From: Candidatus Undinarchaeales archaeon
GTDB lineage: Archaea; SpSt-1190; JASMDC01
DNA length: 64,000 nucleotides
Assembly: GCA_030753015.1 (NCBI GenBank)
Contig: JASMDC010000008.1
Span: 47,645-111,644, forward strand
Direction: 5' to 3'
Positions within the stretch are counted from its first letter, which is position 1. Each line of letters starts with the position of its first letter. The notes beneath the pieces were generated by a model, which saw only the letters and a list, made by a program, of their open reading frames with translations, had not been told where the DNA came from and ran no database searches. Position numbers and translations under genes: made by a program. Below are positions 48,199 through 57,708 of the stretch, piece after piece.

Positions 48199-49233
48199 TT
48201 ACTCCAGGTCCCCGCGCAAGAGCTCCTTGATCTCGTTGCGCTCGCGCCGGGCCTGCTGGAGCGATTCGGGTACCCTGAGAAGGTGCTCCATCGACATCCC
48301 TTCGTAGAAGTATCCGCCCAGGTCCTCGTCCGGGGCTAGCTTCTCCCGGTGGGATACGGCGTACGAGATGTTATGGAGGTAGTCCTTTGCGAGGCAGACC
48401 GCATACCTAGGGACGTTGAACAAGAGGCGCCATCTCATGCCACATTTCACATCGTTGTCCGTCAGCTTCCGCTTCGCTGCCAGTTGGGCGAGGTTGAAGA
48501 ACCTCGTAGAAGCTATTCGCCCCAGGGTGTGAAGGGAGGGTGCATCATACCACGCGCCACCTCGCTCGCCCGTGTACTCGTAGACGGGTTTCTCACCGCC
48601 CAATACTCGCTCGAGCCGCCCCTCACCCTCGAGCCGGTCGAAGGCGGACTGGTACGAGCCCTTGATCTGCTGGAACATTTCGCGGTACGTGCCAGCCTCC
48701 TCCATGCGCTCGATGCGTTCCGCCATCTCGGGAAGGGCCAGGACCTTCTTCACGATGGTCGTCTCGACGATGTCGTCGCGGGTCACGTAGATGGGGACGT
48801 CCTCATCGAGGCCCTTGGCCAGGTAGGCCACATCGTCTAGTGCCCGGGACGATATTTCATACTTGTTCTCCAGGTCCAGGGACTCCACGTATTCCTTGCC
48901 CACTGGCGTCTCGTAATTGAACATGGTGGTCCCAACATGCTCCAGGGACAAACCACGTTCGTCGGTGATACCCCGTTCGAAACCGTCACGTGTGAGGGCT
49001 ATAGCGTGGATCTCCACGTCGTTAATGTAGAACGACTCGAACCCGGCCTTGTCCTCGTAGCCCTCCTCGAGGACTACGAAACAGTCGACGTCTGAGGCCG
49101 GCTTTGCATACCCGTTGACCCGGGAGCCATACACGAGGACGGCCTTGGCAGCATCGCCGTAGAGCTCACCGATACCGTCAACCGCGCCCTCGATTAGGTC
49201 CGCGTTCTCCTCAGGTGTGGCCAGCATGGTCAT
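48199..49233 (-). CDS. Nucleotidyltransferase-domain protein with a large unknown C-terminal region
   Basis: VYGSRVNGYAKPASDVDCFVV. Confidence 0.75.
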   Translation of the reverse strand: MTMLATPEENADLIEGAVDGIGELYGDAAKAVLVYGSRVNGYAKPASDVDCFVVLEEGYEDKAGFESFYINDVEIHAIALTRDGFERGITDERGLSLEHVGTTMFNYETPVGKEYVESLDLENKYEISSRALDDVAYLAKGLDEDVPIYVTRDDIVETTIVKKVLALPEMAERIERMEEAGTYREMFQQIKGSYQSAFDRLEGEGRLERVLGGEKPVYEYTGERGGAWYDAPSLHTLGRIASTRFFNLAQLAAKRKLTDNDVKCGMRWRLLFNVPRYAVCLAKDYLHNISYAVSHREKLAPDEDLGGYFYEGMSMEHLLRVPESLQQARRERNEIKELLRGDLE

Positions 49234-49440
49234 CCACAGGTCCTCCGTCCTACCTGACAGCGTCGAGAGGCAGATCACCGGTATTTAAGTCGTATCTTGG
49301 GGTCCAGGTGTGCTGTTAGGTATCACGTTCAGCTGCGGCTCGTCCATGTACCACAAGGAGTCCAGAATTAGGTCCAGCCACTGGCCGGGACTGTCCCGGA
49401 GGTACCGGTGGCGGGGGGCCGTACACCTTTCGGTGGCGCC

Positions 49441-49656
49441 TCACTCCCGCCGCTCGCGTGCCCTTCGGTTTATCGTCGTGATGTGGATACGGGTAAGGTA
49501 CCCAGCAACCTTGTTGCGCAGTTTGGATGTCGGGAAGGTAAGCAGCTCCTCCGCCATCTGCTTGTTCTTGTAGAAGTCACTTGAGAACACCTCGGGGTGG
49601 TCCTCATAGAGCTTGTGTGCTACGCGCTTAACGAGTGTTGTGCGAATTCGTCCCAG
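49441..49656 (-). CDS. rps17e: 30S ribosomal protein S17e (CTG start)
   Basis: Not in the track. (M)GRIRTTLVKRVA...FSSDFYKNK...SKLRNKVAGYLTR, with GGAGGTGA 5 nt before CTG. Confidence 0.92.
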   Translation of the reverse strand: MGRIRTTLVKRVAHKLYEDHPEVFSSDFYKNKQMAEELLTFPTSKLRNKVAGYLTRIHITTINRRARERRE

Positions 49657-49675
49657 TCATTTCACCTCCTTTTCA

Positions 49676-50176
49676 TCATATCGTGTCCAGCTCGATGAGC
49701 TGTGGCTCCATTGAGCCAAGGTCGACTATCATGACCGTGGGAACCCCCGTGAGGTACGGGCAGGTCTCCCCGGGATTGACCAGCAGGGTGTCGTCCCGCT
49801 GGATTATCTCATGCTTGTGCGTGTGTCCGCGCACGACCAGGTCGTAGTTACCCGATGAGAGCACGGCGGATACAAGCTTGGGGCTCTCACCGTGGAGCAT
49901 GGCGATCCGGCGGTTGGCGAGGTCGAGGTCTGCGAACCTCCCGTGGAAGGTGGCGATCCCATCGAAGTTCTTGGTGAGGAAGGGGATATCGCCATCGTTG
50001 TTCCCGAACACCGCGGCCATGGGCGGCTTGAGCTCGCGAAAGGCGCGGGCCGTGAACGGGGAGACGAGGTCACCGGCATGGAGCACGTACTCCACGTCCT
50101 CCTGGTTGAAGGTAGCCACGGCGGACTCGATGAAATCGATGTTATCGTGCGAGTCGGACATCACACCGATCCTCAT
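49676..50176 (-). CDS. MJ0936-family metallophosphoesterase
   Basis: SDSHDN, HAGD, GNND, HG, GHTH, NPG. Confidence 0.93.
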   Translation of the reverse strand: MRIGVMSDSHDNIDFIESAVATFNQEDVEYVLHAGDLVSPFTARAFRELKPPMAAVFGNNDGDIPFLTKNFDGIATFHGRFADLDLANRRIAMLHGESPKLVSAVLSSGNYDLVVRGHTHKHEIIQRDDTLLVNPGETCPYLTGVPTVMIVDLGSMEPQLIELDTI

Positions 50177-50205
50177 GCAGCACACCTCCTGTCGCGTACC
50201 ATGGT

Positions 50206-51453
50206 CTACACCGAGTTCTCCAGGATGCGGATGAAGGCGGGTCGCGAGATGAGCACGCCGGCGAGCACGCCGAGGATGGTCGTAATAGCGAAGCCCTTCA
50301 CCGCGCCCAGGCCCACGAAGGTCAATGGTACCATCGCGCAGATGGTGGTGGATGCTGCGGCGAAGATTATGAAGAACGCACGTTTGATGCGAGCGCGCCA
50401 GCCGTATACACGCTTGGTGTCCACGTCCTCGCGCATCATGGTATCGGTGATGATGACCTGGTTGTCCACACCGGTCCCTACTGCGGCGATGATGCCCGCG
50501 ATGGCGGCCAGGTCGATCTGCCAATGTATGAGCGAGGCCATCCCCAGTATGAGGAATATCTCCGAGGTCGAGGTGAATAGGATGGCACCGATCATGTAGG
50601 GATCCCGATACCTGATGTAGAGGATGCAGGCCACGCTTAGGAGGGCGACGATGCCTGAGAGCACGGACTTCTGCTTGAAGTCGGAACCGAGTTTGGGGGA
50701 TACATCATTGATATCCACGATGGAGAGCTTGGTGGGCAACGCCCCGGTCGAGAGCACCGCCTGAAGGTAGCGCATTTCTGAAAGGGCCTCCTCGCGACTG
50801 GATGCCGAGCCCTCGATGCGGGCCTCGGTCACCGACTTGCACGCTAGGCCCGAGGCGATACGCAGATCGGATTTGATCTCGTCATCCACCTTCAGGACCA
50901 GGTTGCACGCCGGTTCTAGGCTCTCTCCCGTTGGATCGCGGGTGCAGTTGCACGTGGCATTGGCGAACTTCCGCGCCTCCTCGAAGTGCACTTCAACGGC
51001 GAACCAGAACCTGAATACGTTCTCGTCCACCTGTGAGGTCCCGCTGCGCTGGGCATCGGTGAACACGCGCTTGGTCTTGGTGAAGATCGTCTGGTTACGG
51101 ATCTGGCCCTCGAACTTGCCCTCTGTCTCAAGGTACCGCTCCGCCTCAGTGCGATTCACACCGGCGAAGTCGATGATGATGTACGAGTGGCCCGTGAGCA
51201 CGTCGCTGACCACGCGGGTCGTCACGTCCTTGAGGGCGATGCGGTTGATACGCTGGTTGATGACGTTACGTGCCCTCTCCAAGGTCTCAGCGTCCGTGGT
51301 AGCGTTGGGGGCCATGACAACGCGGACACCGCCCGAGATGTCGAGTCCGGTGTCGATGCCGCGGAACACGACGAGCGTGATGGACCCGATGAGGATGATC
51401 ACGAGCAGGAGCACTTGAGGCTCCTTCAGGATCTTCTCGAAGTCCGGTTTCAT
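50206..51453 (-). CDS. secD: Protein translocase subunit SecD
   Basis: GLDISGG, GALP, VSPKLG, GTGVDNQVII, GFAITT. Confidence 0.92.
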   Translation of the reverse strand: MKPDFEKILKEPQVLLLVIILIGSITLVVFRGIDTGLDISGGVRVVMAPNATTDAETLERARNVINQRINRIALKDVTTRVVSDVLTGHSYIIIDFAGVNRTEAERYLETEGKFEGQIRNQTIFTKTKRVFTDAQRSGTSQVDENVFRFWFAVEVHFEEARKFANATCNCTRDPTGESLEPACNLVLKVDDEIKSDLRIASGLACKSVTEARIEGSASSREEALSEMRYLQAVLSTGALPTKLSIVDINDVSPKLGSDFKQKSVLSGIVALLSVACILYIRYRDPYMIGAILFTSTSEIFLILGMASLIHWQIDLAAIAGIIAAVGTGVDNQVIITDTMMREDVDTKRVYGWRARIKRAFFIIFAAASTTICAMVPLTFVGLGAVKGFAITTILGVLAGVLISRPAFIRILENSV

Positions 51454-52418
51454 TCGCTCACCTCTTCGAGCCGCCACTTGATGATACCGGCGTTCTGGAT
51501 CCAGGTGTTGATTATGTCGACGCTGATACCCAGGAGGAGCACGGTTGCGATCTCCTGCAACACGGCGGCGTTGGACAGCACAAGGATGGCGGTCACCGCA
51601 GCGATGGTGGTGGCCTCCATGGTAAGGCCCGTCATCATGGCGTCGAATATCCGGTCGACGATGCGGCCTTCACGGCGTTTGAGGATGCGGGTAGTGAGGA
51701 GGATGTCCGAATCGACGGAATAACCGATGAGCATCAGGAGTGCCGCGATGGTGGGAAGGGAGAGCTTGATGCCCAACAGGGACATGAGCGCGTAGCTCTC
51801 CACTATATCGGAGAAGGCCGCGAGCATCACGGCCCCGGAGATGACCGGCTCGCGGAATATGAGGGCGATGACGGTCCCCATGAGGATGAAGGCGAGTAGG
51901 ACGGCACGCTGTGCTCCAGCGAAAGTGGACGCGCTGATGGACGGATTGACCTTGCGCACGCTGTAGCTCCCATCGGCAAGGTTCGTTTTCAACTGCTTCT
52001 CGAGTTCGGCCAGGATGGCGTCCTTGTCGGGATCGCCCCCAACCTCGACGGCCACTTGGGATTCACCCGAGAGGGGGTCCTTGAGTACACGTAACCGGAG
52101 GTCGGTACCGAAGCGTTCATGGAGCGTTTTCTCTAGAGCGTTGGCGTCGACGACTAGCTCGGTCTGGATGACGATCGACAGCCCGCCCCTGAGGTCGATG
52201 TCCTGCTCGGGAGGCATGGTCACGGCGATGACGAGAGCGATAGCGAGCATGGCGAAGGGAAGTATCATGAGCGTCTTGTAGTTCTTGTCGTAGTATTCCT
52301 TGAACTCGGCGAGCTTCGGATGGAGGTTCTCCTCGGTTGACTTCTCCTCGACCTTCTTCGGAGCCTTCTTCGGAATCTTCTCCTTCTTCCGACCCTTGCT
52401 CTTCTTCTTGTCCACCAT
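51450..52418 (-). CDS. secF: Protein translocase subunit SecF
   Basis: IDLRGG, LMLIGYSVDSDILLTTR, NTWIQNAGI. Confidence 0.93.
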   Translation of the reverse strand: MVDKKKSKGRKKEKIPKKAPKKVEEKSTEENLHPKLAEFKEYYDKNYKTLMILPFAMLAIALVIAVTMPPEQDIDLRGGLSIVIQTELVVDANALEKTLHERFGTDLRLRVLKDPLSGESQVAVEVGGDPDKDAILAELEKQLKTNLADGSYSVRKVNPSISASTFAGAQRAVLLAFILMGTVIALIFREPVISGAVMLAAFSDIVESYALMSLLGIKLSLPTIAALLMLIGYSVDSDILLTTRILKRREGRIVDRIFDAMMTGLTMEATTIAAVTAILVLSNAAVLQEIATVLLLGISVDIINTWIQNAGIIKWRLEEVSE

Positions 52419-52514
52419 GCGCCAGCCGCCTTCCCAAATGCTTTTCAATCTGGCCCCCTAAGAGGGACCTAGTTGGGATGGCCGATGGCTGATATTTATA
52501 AAGCTAACCGAAAC

Positions 52515-53081
52515 GTGTTCGCGCTCTCACGGAGGTTCCGCCGGTCGGGAAATGTGGCCTCACCGATGGACTTCGGAATTCTCGTCGCCGTCACGGGTGT
52601 TGGGCGCGGCTGGCGGGTGATTGAGGCGGGTTGCGGTTCCGGTTTCCTCACCGCATTCCTTTCGAACTCTGTCGGTCAGGAAGGGCGCATCGTAACCTAC
52701 GAGGTCCGCGAGGAGGCCGTGCGCATCGCCCGCTCCAACCTCGCTTTGGCCGGCGCCGAGAACGTGGAGCTCGTGGAAGGTCCCCTGAGCGTGGTGGAGC
52801 ACGAGCATCCCTTCGATCTGGCCTGCCTCGACATGCGTGACGCGGACGCGGCCCTCCCGGGGATCACGGGCGCGCTGAGGAAAGGGGGCTGGGTGTTCGT
52901 GTACTCCCCCTTCATGGAACAGGTCGCTGCCGTCCATCGGGCGGCCGGTGACCTCCCCCTCAAGAACATCGTCACCTATGAACCACTTGTACGCGAGATG
53001 CATGTTGACGACCGGGGTACCCGCGGCAGGACCCAGTTCCTCGGACAGGCCAGGTTCCTGACCTTCGCCCAAAAGGCATAG
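52515..53081 (+). CDS. tRNA m1A58 methyltransferase (TrmI/GCD14)-like, short N-terminus
   Basis: VIEAGCGSGFLT, YEVREE, LDM, YSPFMEQV, FLTFAQK. Confidence 0.8.
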   Translation: MFALSRRFRRSGNVASPMDFGILVAVTGVGRGWRVIEAGCGSGFLTAFLSNSVGQEGRIVTYEVREEAVRIARSNLALAGAENVELVEGPLSVVEHEHPFDLACLDMRDADAALPGITGALRKGGWVFVYSPFMEQVAAVHRAAGDLPLKNIVTYEPLVREMHVDDRGTRGRTQFLGQARFLTFAQKA

Positions 53082-53113
53082 GTTTTTTCAAGTTTGACGA
53101 CATAGTTGCTGAC

Positions 53114-53521
53114 ATGCCGGGCAAAGGGAGCAAGAAGAAGAGTACTAAGAAGGGAAAGGAGAAGTCCGTGCAAAAGGAGAAGCCCGTCGAGAAGAAGGAA
53201 GAGACGAAGGCCGCTCCCGCCAAGAAGGAGGTCGAGGTCAAGGAGGCGGAGGTCGAGCTCCCGCCCGTCCCCCATCCCAAGAAGCGCAAGCCGGTCTCCA
53301 CCTGGCAGAAGCCTGAGATCTTAGGCCTCGGGTTCGGACTCTGCTCGCTCGGGCTCGCCATCGTGATCGTCTACTACTCGTACATCATCGAGAAGGGAGT
53401 GGACTGGAGCGTTGCCCGCTTCGGTACGGAGTTCTACCATTTCTCCGTGCTGGGGATCTTCCTCATGGTCACAGGTTCGATGTTCCTGGGGATGTACTTC
53501 GCGACGCCCAAGGATTTCTAA
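53114..53521 (+). CDS. Hypothetical membrane protein with Lys-rich N-terminus
   Basis: Two C-terminal TM helices. Confidence 0.7.
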   Translation: MPGKGSKKKSTKKGKEKSVQKEKPVEKKEETKAAPAKKEVEVKEAEVELPPVPHPKKRKPVSTWQKPEILGLGFGLCSLGLAIVIVYYSYIIEKGVDWSVARFGTEFYHFSVLGIFLMVTGSMFLGMYFATPKDF

Positions 53522-53620
53522 TAGACCGGTCCCCTCGCACTAGAGGAAAGTACCTCGTCAGCCACACTACTCTCCGATCAAATAGGCAGGTTATTGCGGG
53601 GGGACATGTGCCCCCCCGCA

Positions 53621-53752
53621 TGGGCCCGACGGGATTTGAACCCGCGACAAACAGGTGTCTCCATCTCATTGCCAAGTGGCTCGAAACACCCGGTTTCGGG
53701 ATGCCCCAGTGGCTTAAGAGCCTGCCGCTCTGCCAGACTGAGCTACGGGCCC
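53621..53752 (-). tRNA. tRNA-Lys(CTT) with a 58-nt intron at 37/38
   Basis: GGGCCCG acceptor stem, GCAGG-CTCTTA ^intron^ A-CCTGT, GTTCAAATC. CTCT/GGAG central helix with 3-nt bulges. Confidence 0.9.
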
Positions 53753-53780
53753 GCAGGATTTACCTATGCGGGACCTGACC

Positions 53781-53966
53781 CTACCAGAGCCGGATCCGGT
53801 TGAATTGCTTCCTTTGCCAGTTGAACCTTCGGATTCGCGAAGTCGCGCCGTACCCGCAGGCCGAGCAGCGCTTCTTCACTCGATGGTACGAGTGCCTGCC
53901 GCAGCGCCTGCACGGGAGGTGCATTGCCTTCTGGTGCTTACCGAAGGATGGTGTACCTTTGCTCAT
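53781..53966 (-). CDS. rpl37e: 50S ribosomal protein L37e
   Basis: KGTPSFGK, CRRCGRHSYH, CSACGYG. Confidence 0.96.
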   Translation of the reverse strand: MSKGTPSFGKHQKAMHLPCRRCGRHSYHRVKKRCSACGYGATSRIRRFNWQRKQFNRIRLW

Positions 53967-54199
53967 GCTCCTACCTCAGGTGACACGATGAGGACGTTAT
54001 CCCCACGGATGAGGACCCGCCCTAGACGTCGTGTCTTTTCTCCTTCGTTCTGTTCCTCGGTGTTATCGAGGACAAGGTTGATGTGAATATCGAACGCCTG
54101 CAGTTCACCGACGTACGAGGCGCCGTTTTTCAGCTCCACGAACACCCGTTTTCCCTTCGCGGCATCGAGTGCGTCCAAGGGTCGCTGCACGTTCATCAC
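53963..54199 (-). CDS. Sm-like archaeal protein (LSm/SmAP1)
   Basis: RPLDAL, FDIHINLVL, IRGDNV. Confidence 0.95.
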   Translation of the reverse strand: MMNVQRPLDALDAAKGKRVFVELKNGASYVGELQAFDIHINLVLDNTEEQNEGEKTRRLGRVLIRGDNVLIVSPEVGA

Positions 54200-54248
54200 T
54201 TCACCCTATATTTCGTCCTCGACACGACCTGCTTTTTTTAAACCTATC

Positions 54249-54629
54249 TTATTGGACGAGCACGGCGTTCAGGATGCCGTGCTGGCCAGGTCGACTGGTG
54301 ACACGCGCCTTACCGGCCTCGGTCTCGATGATGGCGCCCTTCGTGATGATACCGCGTCGTACGTAGTGCGGATTCGCGGTGTTCTCCACCACGCTGGTGA
54401 CCTTGACCCGTTTCTGGGTCTTCTTCTTGGGGTCGAACACGTTAACGAGTTCGTCGGAGAGGATCCGGAACTTCTCGTTGCCCCCGAGGCACCGGATGTT
54501 CTTCACTCGGCGGGGCCCTATCTTGGTCTCGAGGTGTGTCCGCCCGAGGTCGAACTTACGATGTTTGCGGGCTCGCACGATGCGCTTCCCCGTGATTTTT
54601 CTTTTTGAGAATCCCTGCCAGACAGCCAT
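54249..54629 (-). CDS. rps8e: 30S ribosomal protein S8e
   Basis: SKRKITG, ENTANPHYVRRGIITKG, TSRPGQHG. Confidence 0.96.
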   Translation of the reverse strand: MAVWQGFSKRKITGKRIVRARKHRKFDLGRTHLETKIGPRRVKNIRCLGGNEKFRILSDELVNVFDPKKKTQKRVKVTSVVENTANPHYVRRGIITKGAIIETEAGKARVTSRPGQHGILNAVLVQ

Positions 54630-54751
54630 TTGTGATGCCTCTGTCGTGGTACTCAATAGAAGATGCTAAAAACCTTTCGACTTCCCGGCCGGCTCAATAT
54701 ATAATTTTCGAACGATTTATAAACCATGAGAGCATCGTTCCCACTAAGAAC

Positions 54752-55711
54752 ATGGCCGAAGAGGGCAAACTCCGGAAGCAGGAGATAACCGAGTGTCCTG
54801 AGTGCGGGAGCAGGGACCTCTACCGCGACGAGGACCGTGGTGAAGTCGTCTGTGCCGGATGCGGGCTGGTCATTGAGGAGTCCATGGTGGACACCTCGCA
54901 GGAATGGCGCGAGTTCGACCATGAGCAAGCCTCCAAGCGTCGTCGCACTGGTGCACCGCTATCGGCCGCACGGCATGACCGCGGCCTCACGACGGACATC
55001 GGTAAAGGCATCAGCGAGATCTACTCCGCCCTTCCTGCCGGCAAGCGTGCCCAGTACATGCGCCTGCGTAAGTGGCAGAGCCGCATGGTCAGCGCCACGG
55101 AGCGCAACCTCCGCTTCGCACTCTCGGAACTGAAGCGTTACTCTTCCTATCTCAATCTCCCGACGAACATCGAGGAGACCACCGCTATCCTCTACCGCAA
55201 GGCCGTGAGCAAGGGTCTGGTGCGGGGACGGTCCATGGAGAGCGTCATCGCCGGCGCCCTCTACGCCGCCTGTCGCCGCCACAACACCCCGCGCACCCTC
55301 GAGGAGATCGCTGAGGTCTCCAAGGTGAGCAAGCGCGACATCGGGCGTGCCTACAGGTATCTGGCCAGAGAGCTTGGCCTGCGTATCCTTCCGACCAAAC
55401 CCGAGGACTACATACCACGGTTCGCTTCCGAACTGGGCCTCTCGGGCGAGGTGCAGGCGACCGCCATCGAGATCATCAAGCAGGCGGAGGCCAACGAGCT
55501 CATCTCGGGCAAGGGCCCCACGGGCATCGCTGCCGCCACCCTCTACCTGGCATCCCAGATAGTGGGGGAGCGACGCACTCAGCGCCAGGTCGCAGAGGTC
55601 GCGGGCGTCACCGAGGTCACGATCCGGAACCGGTGCAAGGACCTTATCGAACGCCTCACCCTCGAGGTGCCCTCCGGCCGTCGCGGTCGACGGCGCCGAA
55701 AGCGGGAGTAG
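54752..55711 (+). CDS. tfb: Transcription initiation factor IIB
   Basis: CPECG/CAGCG zinc ribbon, EWREF, RGRS, two cyclin repeats, VTEVTIRNR. Confidence 0.97.
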   Translation: MAEEGKLRKQEITECPECGSRDLYRDEDRGEVVCAGCGLVIEESMVDTSQEWREFDHEQASKRRRTGAPLSAARHDRGLTTDIGKGISEIYSALPAGKRAQYMRLRKWQSRMVSATERNLRFALSELKRYSSYLNLPTNIEETTAILYRKAVSKGLVRGRSMESVIAGALYAACRRHNTPRTLEEIAEVSKVSKRDIGRAYRYLARELGLRILPTKPEDYIPRFASELGLSGEVQATAIEIIKQAEANELISGKGPTGIAAATLYLASQIVGERRTQRQVAEVAGVTEVTIRNRCKDLIERLTLEVPSGRRGRRRRKRE

Positions 55712-55818
55712 CTCATAAACGAGCATCAGGCATCTTCGTCGTCCAGGTCGGAATTCAGGACATATTGTCTTTCAGAAAGGACGGTTCTTCCTTCATGCTG
55801 GTACGCTCGGCCACATGC

Positions 55819-55953
55819 CTAACCGAACACACGGTCCCGGTCGAGCTTTACCATGACCTTGTTTATGCGCGATAGTTCCAACCAGACATAGAAGCCGATG
55901 ACAAAGTAGATCCACTGCGTGTACAGCAGTGCGTCGGCCGTTGTTCCGATCAC
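55819..55953 (-). CDS. Small single-TM peptide (44 aa)
   Basis: Not in the track. The GTG start overlaps the upstream stop (GTGA). MIGTTADALLYTQWIYFVIGFYVLLELSRINKVMVKLDRDRVFG. Confidence 0.65.
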   Translation of the reverse strand: MIGTTADALLYTQWIYFVIGFYVWLELSRINKVMVKLDRDRVFG

Positions 55954-56093
55954 TCGTCCTCGCCGCCCTTACCATGCTTCTCTGCAAGCCCTTCGACGGC
56001 CTGGCGGAGCCGCCGCACCTCGTAGCAGAGGAGGGCACCGAAGATAGCTAGTGGTACCTGGCTGATGATGACAGATTCCGGTGTCGTGAGCAT
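55950..56093 (-). CDS. Small single-TM peptide (47 aa)
   Basis: MLTTPESVIISQVPLAIFGALLCYEVRRLRQAVEGLAEKHGKGGEDE, with a GGGAG RBS. Confidence 0.65.
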   Translation of the reverse strand: MLTTPESVIISQVPLAIFGALLCYEVRRLRQAVEGLAEKHGKGGEDE

Positions 56094-56118
56094 AGTCTTT
56101 CTCTCCCTTCGATTATCC

Positions 56119-57168
56119 TTAAACGTCTTTTCCACTGCGGGCACCACCCAGGCCCACTGCCTGTTTCGCACGCAGCCCCAGATAGCTGTAGATCGTTCCT
56201 GTCAGACGCCGAAGCTGCTGGTTCCAGAGGGACGCTGCCGAGAAGTACACCAGGCCCTCCACGAACATGGATGACAGCATGAAGAACCGCACGATGTCCC
56301 CGATCGCCCGATTGGGCGCGCCGGCCTCATCGTACTGCTGTCGGATGGTCTTGGCGGTCTGCTCCTCGGGAGAGAGTTCGCGGCGGTGGTCCATGCTGGC
56401 AAGCACGTCCTCGGGTGGTATCGACTGCTCACGCACGCGTTCGATGAGCGCATCGAGGTCCTCACCCTTCTCCTCAAAGTATGCGCGGATGATCGCTCTA
56501 CCGTAATCGAGGTCCGACTCCAGGTGGCGCACGACCTCTTCGTGGATGAGATTGTCCGAGTATGGATTGGAGAGGAACACGCCCACGACGTTGGCGAGCA
56601 CACAGTAGGGCTGACGGTGTATGTGGTAGCCTTTAAGGCCCGGTGCACGGACACGGTTCCCCATATCGATACCAAGCTCACGAAGCGCTGCGTCCTCCTT
56701 CCCCACTGTGTAGAAATAGGATGGGTGGATGTGGCGGATGCCGTACTCCCCGTAGAAGCGCTTGAGCGTGTCGAGCACGCCGGGCATCTGTTCCGGATTG
56801 TGCACCTCCTCCTGGATAGCGCCGTCGGCCGCCAGCGGTATGGCGTTCTCGAGACAGTATATGATCGTGCGTACGTGCATGATGAACTTGCATGTGATAC
56901 AGGCGAAGTGAAGACAGTCCCAGTGACGAACCTGGTTGTCCATCCACCAGGGAGGGATCGGCATGATGGAATGGCGCACCTTACCAGGGAAGGCACGCTT
57001 CAGGGCATCGGACGACTTCTCCGAGAACTTAACGAATATATCGACGTCCGTCTCGTAGGTGACTAGATGGACCTCATCAAGGAGTCGGGATAGAACGCCC
57101 GAGGCCAGCGACGAGTCGCCGCCACCCGAGAACATCACCGCTGCCCGACGGGGTGTGCCCTTCGTCAC
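56119..57168 (-). CDS. PP-loop (adenine nucleotide alpha-hydrolase) ATPase, QueC/ThiI/MnmA-like, paralog A
   Basis: FSGGGDS, VHLVT, CITCKFIMH, PEQ, QPYC. GTG start downstream of a TTTAAA box. Confidence 0.8.
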   Translation of the reverse strand: MTKGTPRRAAVMFSGGGDSSLASGVLSRLLDEVHLVTYETDVDIFVKFSEKSSDALKRAFPGKVRHSIMPIPPWWMDNQVRHWDCLHFACITCKFIMHVRTIIYCLENAIPLAADGAIQEEVHNPEQMPGVLDTLKRFYGEYGIRHIHPSYFYTVGKEDAALRELGIDMGNRVRAPGLKGYHIHRQPYCVLANVVGVFLSNPYSDNLIHEEVVRHLESDLDYGRAIIRAYFEEKGEDLDALIERVREQSIPPEDVLASMDHRRELSPEEQTAKTIRQQYDEAGAPNRAIGDIVRFFMLSSMFVEGLVYFSAASLWNQQLRRLTGTIYSYLGLRAKQAVGLGGARSGKDV

Positions 57169-57249
57169 TTCCCCCGGATCCGTGTCGGTTGATTTAAAGG
57201 TTTGCGCTCCTCCGCTGTCGGCGCGGTCGCCCTCCATTCGCGTCCCTCC

Positions 57250-57630
57250 TCACGCGATAGGGAGCTGCCCGATGGCCCCGATAACGACCAGGACGAGTGC
57301 CAGCATCACCACGACACCTGAGACCGCGCACAGGGGAGCGAAGTTACGGTACACGATACCGCCCACGCCGGGCGAGTGCCTGAGGATGCGTCCCACAAGT
57401 CGACACCGCGCTCGCGGGCTCACGTCGGGTTCGGCCAAGAGGGCAGGGGCGGTGTCAGTCAGGTAGGATAGATAGAAATGCGCAGGGGCCCTGTACCGTG
57501 GGAGCACGATGGCCGTGAGAACAAGCACAGGAACGAACACGAGGTTGAACGCCGCCGTGACCACGAGCGCCAACAGAAAACCCACGTACGACACGGGCTC
57601 CCGTCCCTCGGTCCCACCACAGCACACCAT
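57250..57630 (-). CDS. Small membrane protein with N-terminal CCG motif, paralog A
   Basis: MVCCGG, TM helix, P.Y, RCRLVG.IL...P.....VY..F, TM helix. Confidence 0.75.
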   Translation of the reverse strand: MVCCGGTEGREPVSYVGFLLALVVTAAFNLVFVPVLVLTAIVLPRYRAPAHFYLSYLTDTAPALLAEPDVSPRARCRLVGRILRHSPGVGGIVYRNFAPLCAVSGVVVMLALVLVVIGAIGQLPIA

Positions 57631-57684
57631 AGCGGCTCACTCCTGTATCTCTCTATAATACATAAACGGGGTAACTATATTAAC

Positions 57685-57697
57685 TTAACGCCGTTAA
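57685..57697. promoter_or_regulatory. Palindrome TTAACG-C-CGTTAA in the divergent promoter
   Basis: Perfect inverted repeat in the AT-rich 78-bp gap just upstream of the HTH gene. Confidence 0.55.
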
Positions 57698-57708
57698 AAT
57701 AGTATATT

